Source: Lama guanicoe (lineage: Eukaryota). Taken from it: DNA of 64,000 nt. The translations under genes were made by a program, and so were the position numbers. Under the pieces are notes generated by a model, which was not told the DNA's origin, searched no databases, and saw only the letters and a program-made list of their open reading frames with translations. Of the stretch, positions 1 to 12,759 are shown in pieces (the first letter of the stretch is position 1; each line of letters starts with the position of its first letter). Location of the stretch: contig MU053629.1 in assembly GCA_013239625.1 (NCBI GenBank), forward strand, positions 4,367,567 through 4,431,566, given 5' to 3'.

Positions 1-730
1 ATTATCTCTCTTACTTCCTTCTGTGCTGCTTCTGTTCCTTTTTTCCAAAAACAGATGTGGGTATTCACTCAGGTTCTGCATCCATTCTTCCTCACACCTG
101 CCGGGGCAGAGTTTGGGCAGGGGTAGAGTTGGCGGGGGCCAGTAGACAACAATCAGATGTAATTTCTTTGAGCGCACTTTCAAAAGGGAGCGTTGATTTT
201 TCAGGAAATGTGGAGTCAGCATCTTGGTCCCCCTCCCTTTTCCCAGGAGCATGTGGTAAATTAAATTAGTTGAACAAAAGGAGATAGCTTTCAAGACATT
301 CAGAAATGCCACATCCCACTTATGACACACGGTCGTTATCCAAGGACCGCGACGGTGTGATCAGCATTCTCAATTCTGTCGTTAAAGAGAGCTTTCTCCT
401 CAGGTCGCTTAGAAAGAGTTTTCAAGAAAACAGTGACTTTTCATGTTTGTCTTGACTCACAGCCTACGAAATGTGTTCCACCAACATGATAGTGGTGATG
501 GTGAGAAGTAGTGTATTGGCTTTGTGTGTTGTTGCCACTGAGAATTTTAGTTCTGCTTGGGTTGTAGTGCTGGGTGGGACAGCTGAAGAGAGTGATGTGA
601 CAAATGTCACTGGTTCATGTCCGGCTCTCTCACAAACGTCTATTACTCTGGGAGTGGGGACAGGCAATTAGAGACCATGCCATCATCAGCTAACGTTCAT
701 GAAACATCTAGCTGTAGTGAGTTCTCCAAC

Positions 731-1340
731 TTTTTTTTTTAATTGAAGTATAGTCAGTTACAGTATGTCAGTTTCTGGTGTGCAGCACAATGTCCCAGTC
801 GTGTGTGTATATATATATCTACACACACACATATATTCATTTTCATATTCTTTGTCATTAAAGGTTATTATAAGATATTAATGTAGTTCCCTGTGCTATA
901 CAGAAGAAATTTGTCTTTTATCTATTTTTATATATAGTGGTTGACATTTACAATTCTCAAACTCTCAAATTTATCCCTTCCTACCCTCTTTCCCCAATAA
1001 CCTTAAGATTGTGAGTCTGATTCTTTTGTAGACAAGTTCATTACTGTCCTCTTTCTTCTTCTTTTTTTAGATTCCACATATGAGTGATGTCATATGGTAT
1101 TTTTCTTTCTCTTTCTGGCTTACTTCACTTAGAATGACAATCTCCAGGTCCATCCACGTTGCAGCAAATGGCATAATTTTATTCTTTTATATGGCTGAGT
1201 AGTATTCCATTGTATAAATATACCACAACTTCTTTATCCAGTCATCTGTCGATGGACATCTGGGTTGCTTCCATGTCTTGGCTGTTGTATGTAGTGCTGC
1301 TGTGAACATTGGGGTGCAGGTGTCTTTTAGAATTAGAGCT
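731..1340 (-). mobile_element. 5'-truncated L1 (lineage-specific 3' end: 3'UTR plus ORF2 C-terminus)
   Basis: Poly-T then 'aattgaagtatagtcagttac…'; ORF 1187..1399(-) translates to an L1 ORF2 C-terminus (TCTPMFTAAL…TAKTWKQPRCPSTDDWIKKLWYIYTMEYYSAI). Confidence 0.9.
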
Positions 1341-1668
1341 CTCCTTGAGAAGGCTGTATTCCTCGAGTTTCTGTGCTGAGACCCTGCACACATTCCCAAA
1401 CCAACCCCACAGGGAAATTTTTAGCTCTGATAGTGATTCCTGTTCAGACTGCCCAGTGTGTGTTCTTACTAGAAGGGGACCCTCCCAGAAACAGCCTCCA
1501 TTCCCTCATGTGTAAAATGTCGGAAAGAATATCTTGTAGGATTGTATTGAGATTTAAATGAGATAATTCAAAGCACTCAGCAAAGGTCCTGGTACAAATA
1601 TTAGTTCTGCTCTGAAAATATTAGTTATGATTATTGGCAATGTTCACATATTGTATTATGCCATATTT

Positions 1669-1855
1669 CTCCCCCTTACCCCCAGTGGCTTGTCAATTCA
1701 CTTTTTTCTTTCTTTTTTTTGGTGGTGTGGGGGGAGGTTAACTAGGTTTATTTATTTATTTAAAAAATTTTTTTAGTGGAGGTACTGGGGATTGAACCCA
1801 GGACCTTGTGCGTGCTAAGCATGTGCTCCACCACTGAGCTATACCCTACCCCTAC
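1669..1855 (-). mobile_element. tRNA-derived SINE (camelid vic-1-like) with 13-bp TSD
   Basis: Minus strand reads GGGTATAGCTCAGTGGTGGAGCACATGCTTAGCACGCACAAGGTCCTGGGTTCAATCCCCAGTACCTCC (A/B boxes); TSD tgtattatgccat at 1652-1664 and 1856-1868. Confidence 0.9.
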
Positions 1856-3540
1856 TGTATTATGCCATGTTTTATACCATCATTTAAAGCTTACATTCTT
1901 GTAGAGGCTGAGAGGTAGAACCAAGATATTACTGAGGTCCCTGGCAGGGATTCTGTTTAATATTTCACACGACAATGCCTTCTTTCCCCTGCCGATATGA
2001 GGACAGGGACGCTGTTGTCTGGTCCGTTTGTCTGTTTTTCACATCTTCCACCGCATCAAGCAGTGTTTTGCTGGCCCCCAGTAGCCTGGTTGCCCAGGGC
2101 ATCCTCCCACTGGGCCACTTGATGGAGTTTACCTAGGGAAACTCCCTTGCTCCTGGATTCTTGTAATAGCCTTGCCACTAGCAAGCTGTTTCCCGGAGCA
2201 AGTTACTCCAGCTTGCTCATCCTCATCTTCCTGGTTTGTAAAATGGGGAAGCTGGCTGGAAGGCAGTCTGGTGTGGTAGGAAGGGTTTGGGGTTGAGTGG
2301 ATCAGAGTTTGGACCCTATCTGCCATATGCCACTTGTGAAACCCTAGGTAAGCGAAGTAACATCTCGAGTCCTCTTTTTCCTCTTTTGTGAAGTCAGGAT
2401 CCTGGTGTCTATCAGGCAAAGATGTTATGGGGTTTACAGATAGTATATTATAATTGATGGCACATAATAGGTGCCTAATAAGGTTCCTTCCTCTCTTTCT
2501 AAAAAAAAAAATCAATCAATAGTAAAAATCTCAGACTTCCTTCCCCCTTTTCCACACCTGTGTGTCCAGAAAATGATCTGATTTGGCTCCTTTCAACAAG
2601 AAATAAGGCTTGGGTATCAACGAGAAATAAGGTTTAATGCTCAGGTTTTCAAATTGTTACAGAGAACTCCAAAGAGTTTCAGGGAGCCTGTAGGCATTGA
2701 ATTCACATTTTATTTTCATGGTAAGTTATATAAACTATTTTGAAGTGTAATAAAGAACAATACACACATACATAAGTTAGATACCAAATTTTAATGCATT
2801 CAATAGCATCAGTGGGTTACCTTGTGCTGGCTGGTTCACTCCCTGAGCACATGGGCTCACACGGGGGCATGCATGTGTGTGTACTTTTGAACTTCTCGTA
2901 AGGGTGTTTTTCTTTTAGATAGGTTGTACCTTTGTACCACTCATATTTTGAAATGCAGACCCGCTCACATACGCTCGTATAATAACGATACAAGATAAAT
3001 AAGTGAAGATTAAATGAGCCAATCCATGGCAAGTTCCTAAAGCAGCCCCTAGCCCTGGGTAAGCATTCCATGAACATTAACTGGTCTCCGTATTACACAC
3101 AACACCTGTGTGCTCCCAGCCATTAAAAGCCAGGCGAGTTGTCTGGCGCACACATTTGGCACAGCCTGACAGTCACCTGCACAATTACAATACCGCATGT
3201 TGCATTGTGGTGACATAGCATTATGAACTGTTTCACAGCTCATTTTAAGTTTGGGCTGGTTCTCACCTGACTGGAAATGTGCTCTACAATCTCCATCTGG
3301 CACTGCAGGGTTGCAATGTTGCTTTGTTTACATCTACAGATAAAAGGTCAGCGATAGAGCATCATCATAAAATTTGGACTCAACGCGCAAAACAAAATTA
3401 GATTGTTTCGAAGCTGAGTGAATATCTGAAAAAGACAAGCGCTGAGGTATCGGAAAATAAATTTTAAATCGGACATGATGAACATGTTAAAATGTCACAT
3501 GGCACATCTGAAACGTACTTTCAGTCATTCAACTCTCCCT

Positions 3541-3740
3541 TAATAATAGCACTCATGAAAAGCACTTAGCACTTAGCACTCAGCACGGTGCTAAGTGCTT
3601 TGTGTGCTTTGTTGTACTTAACCTTTACACCTATAAAATAGGCTGTTTTTGTAACCACCTCACACATGAGGAAACTGAGACCAAGATTAAGGTATATGCC
3701 CAAAGTTATGAAATCAGGAATTCAGGATTCAAAGTACTTA
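3541..3740 (-). mobile_element. MIR SINE remnant
   Basis: MIR core 'gtgctaagtgcttt…gaggaaactgagaccaagattaagg…gcccaaagtt'. Confidence 0.7.
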
Positions 3741-6700
3741 CTCATTTACTTGTCAAATCTCCCCAGATCAAGAACTTACCAACTAAAGCCTTAATTGCTA
3801 AAGAATATGAACAGTTGTTAGATTTTATTCGTGATTCTACTTTGAAACAAAAAAAACCCCTACTCGTCTTTAAACTTCTGAATCATTTTACCTGAAGAAA
3901 ATCCTGAGATTATAAGTGCCATTACAAACTGTTAGCAATTTGAAATTACTTATCTATTTAGGTCAGGAATTTATCTTGTGCAGGGAAAATACAAAACAGA
4001 AATAAGGTGCAGGCTGTAACGGATGTAAATTGTAATTATTATCTCTAACTCTTGATTTCATAATTTGCCTTTATCAAAACATCCTCATTGTCGCCAACAT
4101 TGACTTATTTATAAATACATATAAATATACACGTATTCTTATATTGTTTATATGTAAATCAATGTATAACACTATAGTAAAATTTGCATAAAACCGGCAT
4201 TTATTTACATATCAGCGTTCTATTTAAGGTTGCATTTGAAAAACAGATTCTACTGCTGAAAATAAATCTGCAAATCTTTGGCTTGGAGCATTACCTCTCC
4301 CATGGGTTTTTGCTTTTTAACAAGAGTAAATCCTCTATTTAATTAAACCAAAGGAGTTAGACTCTATTAGGGGATTTCAAGCATGAGCGGGCAGGGAGAA
4401 GAGGGGCGTGGGGGAGGCAGGAAGAGAGCCTTTGCACTGCCCTGGACTCAGCCCAGGTCAGCAGCCACCTGCTAACTTGAGAGCCCTGCTCCCTGATGTG
4501 ACCCTAGTGTCTTTGCACTTTGTGACTTGGGCTTTGGGCTTGAGTTTTGACCCCATACTAAGAAGTGGTCTTTCTAACCTCATACTTCCACTTTGAAAAG
4601 CCAAAAATTAGGTAGATGGAGGAGCCTGAGTCAGCTCTATGACAGACTTAAGACACAAGGGGTCCATGGATAGAACTGTCTCATATAGTTGGTTTCCAAT
4701 GTATATTAATTTATGCATTTATAAAAACATTATCCTAAGAAAGGATCCGTAGCCGGCACCAGATTGCCAAAGGGATTCATGACTCCCCCTGAAAGTTAGG
4801 TGTCTGTGATGGATCTTCCCTTCATACAGACACCTAGCGCGGGTCAAGTATGCGTCAAAACAGAGAAGCGTGCTCAGAACCCTGCATTCTTTATGAACGA
4901 ACTGCTGCTTTCAGTTGACAGTGCAGGAAACCCACCAAAATGCGGATATATCTAGCCTGCCACTCCAGGCTTTCCTGACTTGCATCTTCATGAGTGAAAA
5001 TCTAAAACTTCATGTTTTAATCTAACTACTGTTGCTCTTTTTACTGCAAGGAGGAGAGTGGAAACAGCTACAAAAGTGGCAATGCCTGCAATATTATAGT
5101 AAGTGCTCTATTTAAAGTGAAGCAAAGGAGAAGTGCCAGAGCAAGTGCGCAAGAGCATCAGCCACGAGAGGAAGGGGCCTAATAGAACTGTTTTTTCATC
5201 ATGGCCCAGGTCAATTATCTGCCGAGAGGTGCTTGAGATGAATAAATGCCATTGCCGTGTTCTCCACTACTCTAACCCATTGCACTTTAAACTGTACTTG
5301 AATTCAAGTATACATTCCTAGCCTCTTAAAACCTCTTTGGTGGAACAGAAGTAAGTACCCATAAACTAGGATGGTTCATCCTATACTTTCTTTAAAAGCT
5401 TCTGAATCAGAATGTGTGATGTAAGCCCAGGAGATATTTATTTAGAGGAGATCCCTCTCATTAGACTGTAAAGTTAGGCTAAAATGACACCCAATGCCCG
5501 ATCTATATAGTCTTTTAATTTCCATCTACATCTTCGATGACAATGTGGATGCATCTGTTTATGGCTGGGAACTAAAGGTCTGGAAGCAGCCACGCACAGT
5601 CTCAGTGGAAAGAGCCGCAGACGAAGAGTCGGTGCACTGATGCTAATCCTGCCTTTGCCGCTGCTAGGAGCCGAGCTACCACAGGTGCGTCTCAGGCCTG
5701 ACAGGCCAAGTGATGCACTCATCTGTACGCTGAGAAGACAAGTTGGCCTTTTCAGAGCCATCGTCAGGGCCCCAGCCCTGATGGTGTGACTCCCAGATTA
5801 ACACTTCTGGTGCCTTGTGGGACCACCTGGTCTCCCAGGAGAGACAACGCAGTGATGGGTGTAACTGATGGATGGAGGTGAGCCTTGAGATAGGCCTCAG
5901 AGGAACTGATGGCACGGCTGAAAGCAGACGTGGCACGTACTTTAAGCACTAGAAGCAATACAAGCAAAAAGCACAGTCAAAGTCCTAGAGGATGGCTGAG
6001 AGCTTGGCCAAATCACCCTGAATTTTTATAAAGGAAGAAACCAGGAGATGTGGTTGGATGTGTAGGGCCAGCTGATGGATGCCCTTCAATGGACCACTGA
6101 AATCTAACTGTGTGATCTCAGTCTCGATCATTAAAAGAAGGGCTTAAGGCAGACAGTTTCTGAAATTAGATCACTTCTCCAGATGCTCCAGCTGAAGGGC
6201 GGCTTCTAGAATTCTCCTGAACAATCTCCCTCCCTTGATGTCCTCATTGGTTATTAAACTTTATTTCCACTCCCTCTGGGTCATAAAGATTTCTTGAGCA
6301 GCGTTATCTGCTGAACTTGTTAGAAGTTCATGAAACTGCCTAATTAGAGTTCTGCGGGCAGCACCGCACCCTTTACATGCAACATTCTGTCCCTTTGACA
6401 TGAACGGCCCCTCAAAACTGGCCCACGTAGCTGGATGGTTGAGATTTCCACTTAACCATCCTTACCTTCTGTCCCAATGTTGAATACCCCACTGCGACCG
6501 AGGATTCACCCTGGAACCCCATCCCTAATCCCTGCCGTGCCCTACCTCTCCCTCCAGGGTTGGTCAAAAGCAGGTTTTGTTTGGGGCAGGAGTTGTGGAG
6601 ACGAAGGAGAAGGACAGACAATAGGAGTGGTCGACTCCTGGCCAACGCCTGCTGCCCTTGTCTTCCCCTCCCCGCCCCCACACGCCCACTCCCTGGCCGC

Positions 6701-7119
6701 CAGGTACCAGCCTCAGCCCCGGGCAGCACAAGCCCCGCCCCCGTCCACATCCTCTCACCTCTCCCTGCGGTCCCACCTGCTCAGGCAAAGAGGTGCCCTG
6801 GAAACTCTTGTTAATCTGAGCGCTTCCTGAAATATGGGTGTGTTTCTAAACTTACTGTTTATACTAAATGGGGGCGTGGTATTCATTTGATAGGCTTTTT
6901 TCTTCCTGACTTTTCTCCTCTTAGGCAAGAAGTAAAAACCCTAAGAAAATGTCCTAGATGTTCTTACTTAGAATCGCAAAAGTAAGTCCTCTGGGGCCGG
7001 GCAGGTATCAACTGACCGAAATGACCGGCTGTCGGGGCTAAGGGCTGGGTCTGCGTTACTGGGATGCTGAACCGAGGAGAAAGGTCCTCCTTATGAGAAA
7101 CACTGCCTCAGCTCTAACC

Positions 7120-7285
7120 TTTTGGCTGGGTTTTCAAAAGAAGCTGGAAACTTAACATTCACATTTTTGCTGAAATCTGAGTTTTAAAATATTTGCTCAG
7201 ATAATTTAAAAACACCCTGTGTAGTTCAAAGAAAGCCATCTCCAGGCTGTACGTGTGTTGCAGGTCAGTAGTTTGCAGCTCAGAA
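7120..7285. mobile_element. hAT-Charlie non-autonomous DNA transposon remnant (MER102-like)
   Basis: 'aaaagaagctggaaa…ctgaaatctgagttttaaaatattt…gtagtttgcagctc' resembles a remembered consensus. Confidence 0.45.
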
Positions 7286-9023
7286 CCCCCTGCAGCGCTG
7301 TTACTTTGGTGCAGCCTCGGGAATGATCCTTGATTTTACAGGATGAGAGTTGATTTCATCAGAGGTGATCAACCTCTTGGGGTGCAGCGGAATTCCCAAG
7401 AGGCTGCTGTATAAACGGGAGCACCGCTTTATTCTATGCAGAGACCTATCATGGCCAAACAGACCTGAATGTTCAAGTCAGCCTGATCTGACGAGCATAT
7501 TGTATCCCTATGACAAAGCTACACAGAAAACCTAGTCAGAAGCCTGCTTAGTGAGCAGGGAAACTGACTAAGGGTAATTAGTTGGACGATCTCCATGGTG
7601 AGCAGCACCACGCATTTATAGTCTGATGCATCCATCTGTGAAGCTAGCCCTGCCAAAGGGAGGTGAATACATCCCTGTGCAATGAGTGCTTTATGTGCAC
7701 TGAGGAATTCTGATTCTCTGATTCAACTTTTTATGACAAATAGCCACTGTCTACTTGGACTTGACTGTGTGAATTACGTTGCGCTGTGCCGAGCTTCTTA
7801 CCCCAGTGAAATGAGTGATGTTTCCCCATCTTACTGAGGAAAAAAACTGTGGTTTAGAGAAATTAAGTTACTGGCTCCAGTCATATAATTAGTATGTGGT
7901 AGAGGCCAGATTCAGATCCAGGCCTACGTGATACTGGAGCTTATGATTCTTAACCAATGTCTTCCTCTTTACTAATTTCCTACCGTTAAAAAACCCCAAA
8001 ACACTCACCTTCAGCTGACGTCCTGTTTCTTTGATGACACTAAACAGACTTCTTCCTCCTTAGGGTGGGGCCTGGGTCTTTTCACTCAGCCTCTACATGG
8101 AGATGGCCACATTGATCATATAGTTATTTTTCTGGTTTAACACTCAGAATTGGGGACGGGGTGGGGAAACATATCTCCTTGTCACTACTCCACATATCCG
8201 ACCCAAGTAATTGCACTGCCCAGAGGAGGAAAGAAACCCTGGCTAGAAGGAACAGGATGCGCATGGAGGAGAAAGAGAAAGAGAAAGGCGGTGAGAAGGA
8301 ACCAGTCCATCTTGGGGGACTTCTCCACGAGAGCCCCCTGCTTCTCTTATCTCCCCGTGTTTCCCAAGTCGCCAGAGCCACTTGAGCCAAAGAATTCTCC
8401 TTTCCCCATGCCATGCTGGTGAGAGACCAAGATATATCCAAAGATTCGGTCCAGTTGTACTAATAATCTTATATGAGGTTTCCTGGGGATCCAACAGCTT
8501 GTTTAGAATGTTTCTAAGAAAACTCTTCTCTGAGTTTCAAAACACCCTTTTCCATTTCTAACTTAAAGGGGCCAGTCCTTATGGAAGGTTATCAGGAGAT
8601 GTAAAGTGAAAACAGGCATTCACCCCAGAGACGTAGCTGACTACAAAGGAAATGCTGTCCCAACATCCTCTTCCCCGCCATTTACAAATGTACTCGCTGT
8701 CTAATCTGGATTCGTCTACAATAACCACTGTTTAACTTGCGCAGAGTCACACAGCTACAGGCCAAAGGGTCATAATTCAAACTCAGCCAGTCTGACTTCC
8801 AAACTGGCGTTCTTAATCCTTATTCTATCCTAAGCCCAGGGAGCTTTGAGGGTGGTGCTTCGGACCTGCATCTGAGGGGTAGATCTGGACCCAGCCAAAA
8901 ATTGCTTCCTTGATGACCAAGAAATTTGCAGACAAATTTGTCTGGGAATAGAAGTAAAAGATCAGACTGCTTAGTGAGAAGCTACATTAACTCGAAGATT
9001 AGGACAAGAAGAGGAGCTGGTCC

Positions 9024-9206
9024 TTTTTTTTTTTCTCAAGCTGTACTGAGATATAATTAACCTCTAATACTGTGTAAATTTAAGGGATACAACGTGATGA
9101 TTGATGCATGCACATATTGTGAAATAATTATGGCGGTAAGGTTATTTAACACTTCTGTCATCTCCCATCATTTGTGTGTGGTGAGAACATTTAAGATCTA
9201 CTCTCT
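9024..9206 (-). mobile_element. L1 3' end fragment (L1MA/MB-like)
   Basis: Poly-T, 'gagatataatt…taaggggtacaacgtgatg'-like segment and 'gtggtgagaacatttaagatctactctct'. Confidence 0.75.
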
Positions 9207-9559
9207 AGAGCTGGTACTTTTAACGTGGAGACGTCCTCCAACTAGACTATAAACCCCTTTGAGGGCAGGGACCATATTTCCAACATCGAGCATAGTGCCC
9301 GATTCTGGTTAGAATCCAATAAAAATATGCTCTTGATTTGTGTGTATGTGGTTAATAACTCTGAATAACTTTGTTAAGGAATTGTGTAACTGAGTTAGGC
9401 TGTGTCAAGTACAGTAATGAAATAGCATTTACCTCATCCGACTACATTTGTAGATCTTGCCTCTTTGGGGCCATAAAAATGTCTTCCCAGACCTCTTCAG
9501 GTAGAATTAATTTTCTCACTCCTAGATCACGGTTGCATGTTTTTAAAATCTTTACAGGC

Positions 9560-10150
9560 TGTGCCTTGAATTTACTGAATGATGTCAAAGAACAGTTGAA
9601 TAAATAAAAAGATCTATCATATTCCTGAAGAGGAAAAATGATTATAATAAAAATACCAGTTCTTTCCAAATTAATCTTTGTATCTAATGTAATTCCAATC
9701 AAAATTCTTATGGATTTTCTTTGGTTTGCATGGAATATTAATTCTTTTCAACTTGCCAGTGTTCATCACCTTAAAAAATAAATGGGCAAAGGCTTCATTT
9801 TTTTTCCCAAAGATTAATGAAGGTGAACTTTTCATACTTCTTATTAAAACATGTGATATAGTTACAATAATTATAATAGCATCCTATGGGCATAAGAATT
9901 AACAGATCAGCGGAGTAAAAGAGGTGAGCCTAGATATTGACTTTAGTATAAAAAATAACTTAAAGTGCAATACAGGTGACTCTGTAAGTCAGGAGGGAAG
10001 GGAGGACCTGTTAGATGCATAGTGCTGAGTCATTTGGCTAAATATTTGGGGAAAAAAGCAGCAAGTTAATCCTAACCTTACCTTCTATGCGAAAGAAAAC
10101 TCCAGATGGATTAAATTAACGTAAAATGTTAAAAAAAAAAAGAAAAAGAC
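9560..10150 (+). mobile_element. Old L1 (L1ME-like) ORF2 3' fragment
   Basis: Degenerate L1 ORF2 motifs ('aattaatc…aatgtaattccaatcaaaatt', 'actccagatggattaaa'). Confidence 0.65.
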
Positions 10151-10837
10151 AAAATCATAAAAGAGAACCATCTTTCAAGTTAGTTAAAGGAAGATTTTTT
10201 TTTTTAAAAAACACCATTACAAGAAAATCCTCATTACAAGAAAAGTTCATATTTACATTGGGCTCCAGTCCTGGATTTGTCACTAACTTCTCTGTGATTT
10301 GGGGGCAAATCACTTATAGTCCTCGGGACTTAGTTTGCTCATTTGTTAACTTAGGGCACTGGATCAAGTCATCTCTAAGAGATCGTCCAGTTCTGACAAT
10401 CCGTATTTCTGATTCTGAACAAAATCTCTTTCCTTCAGCTCCCTTCCTTTGCCACTTGTGCCATCAACATAGTACACGTAAGACAGGTAGGCAGACCAGG
10501 TGAAGCTGTTTTCCGACCGTGGAAGTAGAATTCACAGCCAGTACTAATACTTTCATTTTCCATTAATGCATTTAACAAAGCGTTTATTGACAATTTATCA
10601 CGCACCGGACTCTGTCCCCGAGACTTTTATGTGTATCACTTTTAACACTCGGAGAATATCAGGGAGATTATTACTCCCATTTTACAGATAGGAAAGTCAG
10701 GAGTGTAAAGACCCAGTCATATAATTAACATGTGGCTAAGGCAGAATTTAGACCTCTATTTTCTTAAGACAGTCTGATTCAGAGTCTAGGAAACTATTCC
10801 AAGAGAAACTGTGCAAACAGGCTAAACTCTTACGCGT

Positions 10838-10858
10838 GCACACACACACACACACACA
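10838..10858. repeat. (CA)n microsatellite
   Basis: gcacacacacacacacacacag. Confidence 0.9.
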
Positions 10859-11629
10859 GTATCAAGATGATCTAATATTCTTTAAAAAAATCAGCCTCTT
10901 TACTGAATGAAGACTGTTGTGGTTTCTAATGGACTTAATTTGTATTTGGGAGTTAATTCCTTCGTTAACTTAAACAAGAATACCTGATCTAGAAGCAGTC
11001 CTAGCCTGCTTTCAGCTTTGCTCTGGCGTCCCCTCTGCAGACTTCACTGATACAGCACAGAAATTATGGCAAAGCCCAGTGGAGTCATTGAAGCGGAAGT
11101 CTCAACACTGCTCGGGAAGGGATGCCAAATTAAATAAAAAGAGCCCAGCAGTTCTGCCGCTGCGTGCCAACCCGACTGCTGGTATGAGGTAAATGAGGAC
11201 CAACTTCACTTCACTTGTGACCCTAGCCGGTATTTAAACAAGAACGCCTAGAGACCGGCACGCTGTTCCGTAATAAGGGAATAAACAGCAATTGCAAAAA
11301 TAATTATAGTAAATGATAAACCTATTCACAGAGACTTTCTTAGATCTCAGCTGAAAGGACTCCCATTTAAACTCATTGCCTCTCATGCAGTCCCGAGTAA
11401 AGGATGACGGAGATTTGTAATGCATCGCCCTAAGTTTACATAAGAAAAATTATATAGAAGGCAGAGGTACTCCAGGTGCTTTCCCTTCCATGTATTGTGA
11501 CCGTGTTTGAGTGGCTGTGTAGCATTCTATTCCCCAATACACAAAAATCACAAGTGTTAAGCAACCCAGTGTTTTTTTTAATTGTATGAGATGTAACAGA
11601 TAATAGGTATGAAATGCCAGTACTTTATC

Positions 11630-11758
11630 TTTTTTTTGTTGTTGTTGTTGGAGGGAGGTAATTAGGTTTATTTATTTTTAGAGGAGGTACTGGGGATTGA
11701 ACCCAGGACCTTCTGTATGCTAAGCATGCGCTCTACCACTCAAGCTACACCCTTTCCC
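11630..11758 (-). mobile_element. tRNA-derived SINE (vic-1-like)
   Basis: 'ggagggaggtaattaggtttattt…ggaggtactggggattgaacccaggacc…ctaagcatgcgctctaccactcaagctacaccc'; degenerate TSD tgaaa…gtac(t/c)ttat. Confidence 0.9.
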
Positions 11759-12759
11759 TGAAACACTGGTACCTTATTATTCTCTCTTACTTTTCCTGAT
11801 TTTTAAAATCTAGAGTGATTACTTTTCCAGATGTAAAAAGGTGTCTATTGGAACACTACAAGTAAAAGGGATTAGAGACAAAATAGAAGCAAGAACTATG
11901 TAGATTTTTATTTGTCCGTCTGAATCTATCAGAAAGTCCTGAGTCTACTGGATTTCAAGTTCCTTTCAAGAAAAGTTTCTTATAAGACCAAGTTATCACT
12001 TACCTTTCAACTTTGCAGAATGGTCTAATAGTAACAAATTATAGCTACTGTTGTTAGCTATGTATTAATCCTTCGATCCATTTTTTTCCAAAATGCATTC
12101 CTTGGAATGCTAATAGGGATTCCACGAGAGTTTTGTGGTCCCATAAAATTGGGAAACATGAGGTTAAAGACAGACAGACTGCCTTCATACCGTTAGGCCA
12201 CCTGGAGTCACTAACACACTGATGTACATTATGACTCCTCAGGAGAAGGGCGGCCAGTGCCATCAGCAATGCTTCCCAGACTTCATCAGAACCCTTTTCT
12301 GCAGAATAGAGCCGTACTCAGAGGAACAAACTTGGGGAAATTTGCTTAAGGATTTTAAATATTTTTAATAGAAAAAATTTGAGACAATATTACCCAGTTT
12401 CCTTCCTTTGTCACATTTTACTGGAACTTAATATTTTCTTGGGGGCTTTGGGGCATCATAACAAACTCCATGTTTTTTAAGTGATGCTGTTCAGGGCCTG
12501 TGAGGTGTGTCGATGCCCACACCTCAGACTTCCGTGTGTCCCAAGTAATAGCTCTCCTGGCATCTCCTCCACGGTCAGCTCTCCCCACTTCATTCTTTGA
12601 GTCTGTTCACAATCCCAGGGTCACTTCTGCTACTAACTACCCTTTTACCGTCCTAAGACCCCTTCCAGTGCTGAGAATGGTGACCCTTCCTCCCTCCCTT
12701 CCTCCTTTCTTTCTCTTTTGTTCTGTTTCTCTCTGTCTCTCTCTTTTATTTTTTTTTCC

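Noticed and set aside
8124..8494. Several overlapping ORFs on both strands, with a charged MEEKEKEKGGEKE stretch
   Set aside because: Driven by a purine-rich low-complexity patch; no recognisable protein and no convincing splice context.
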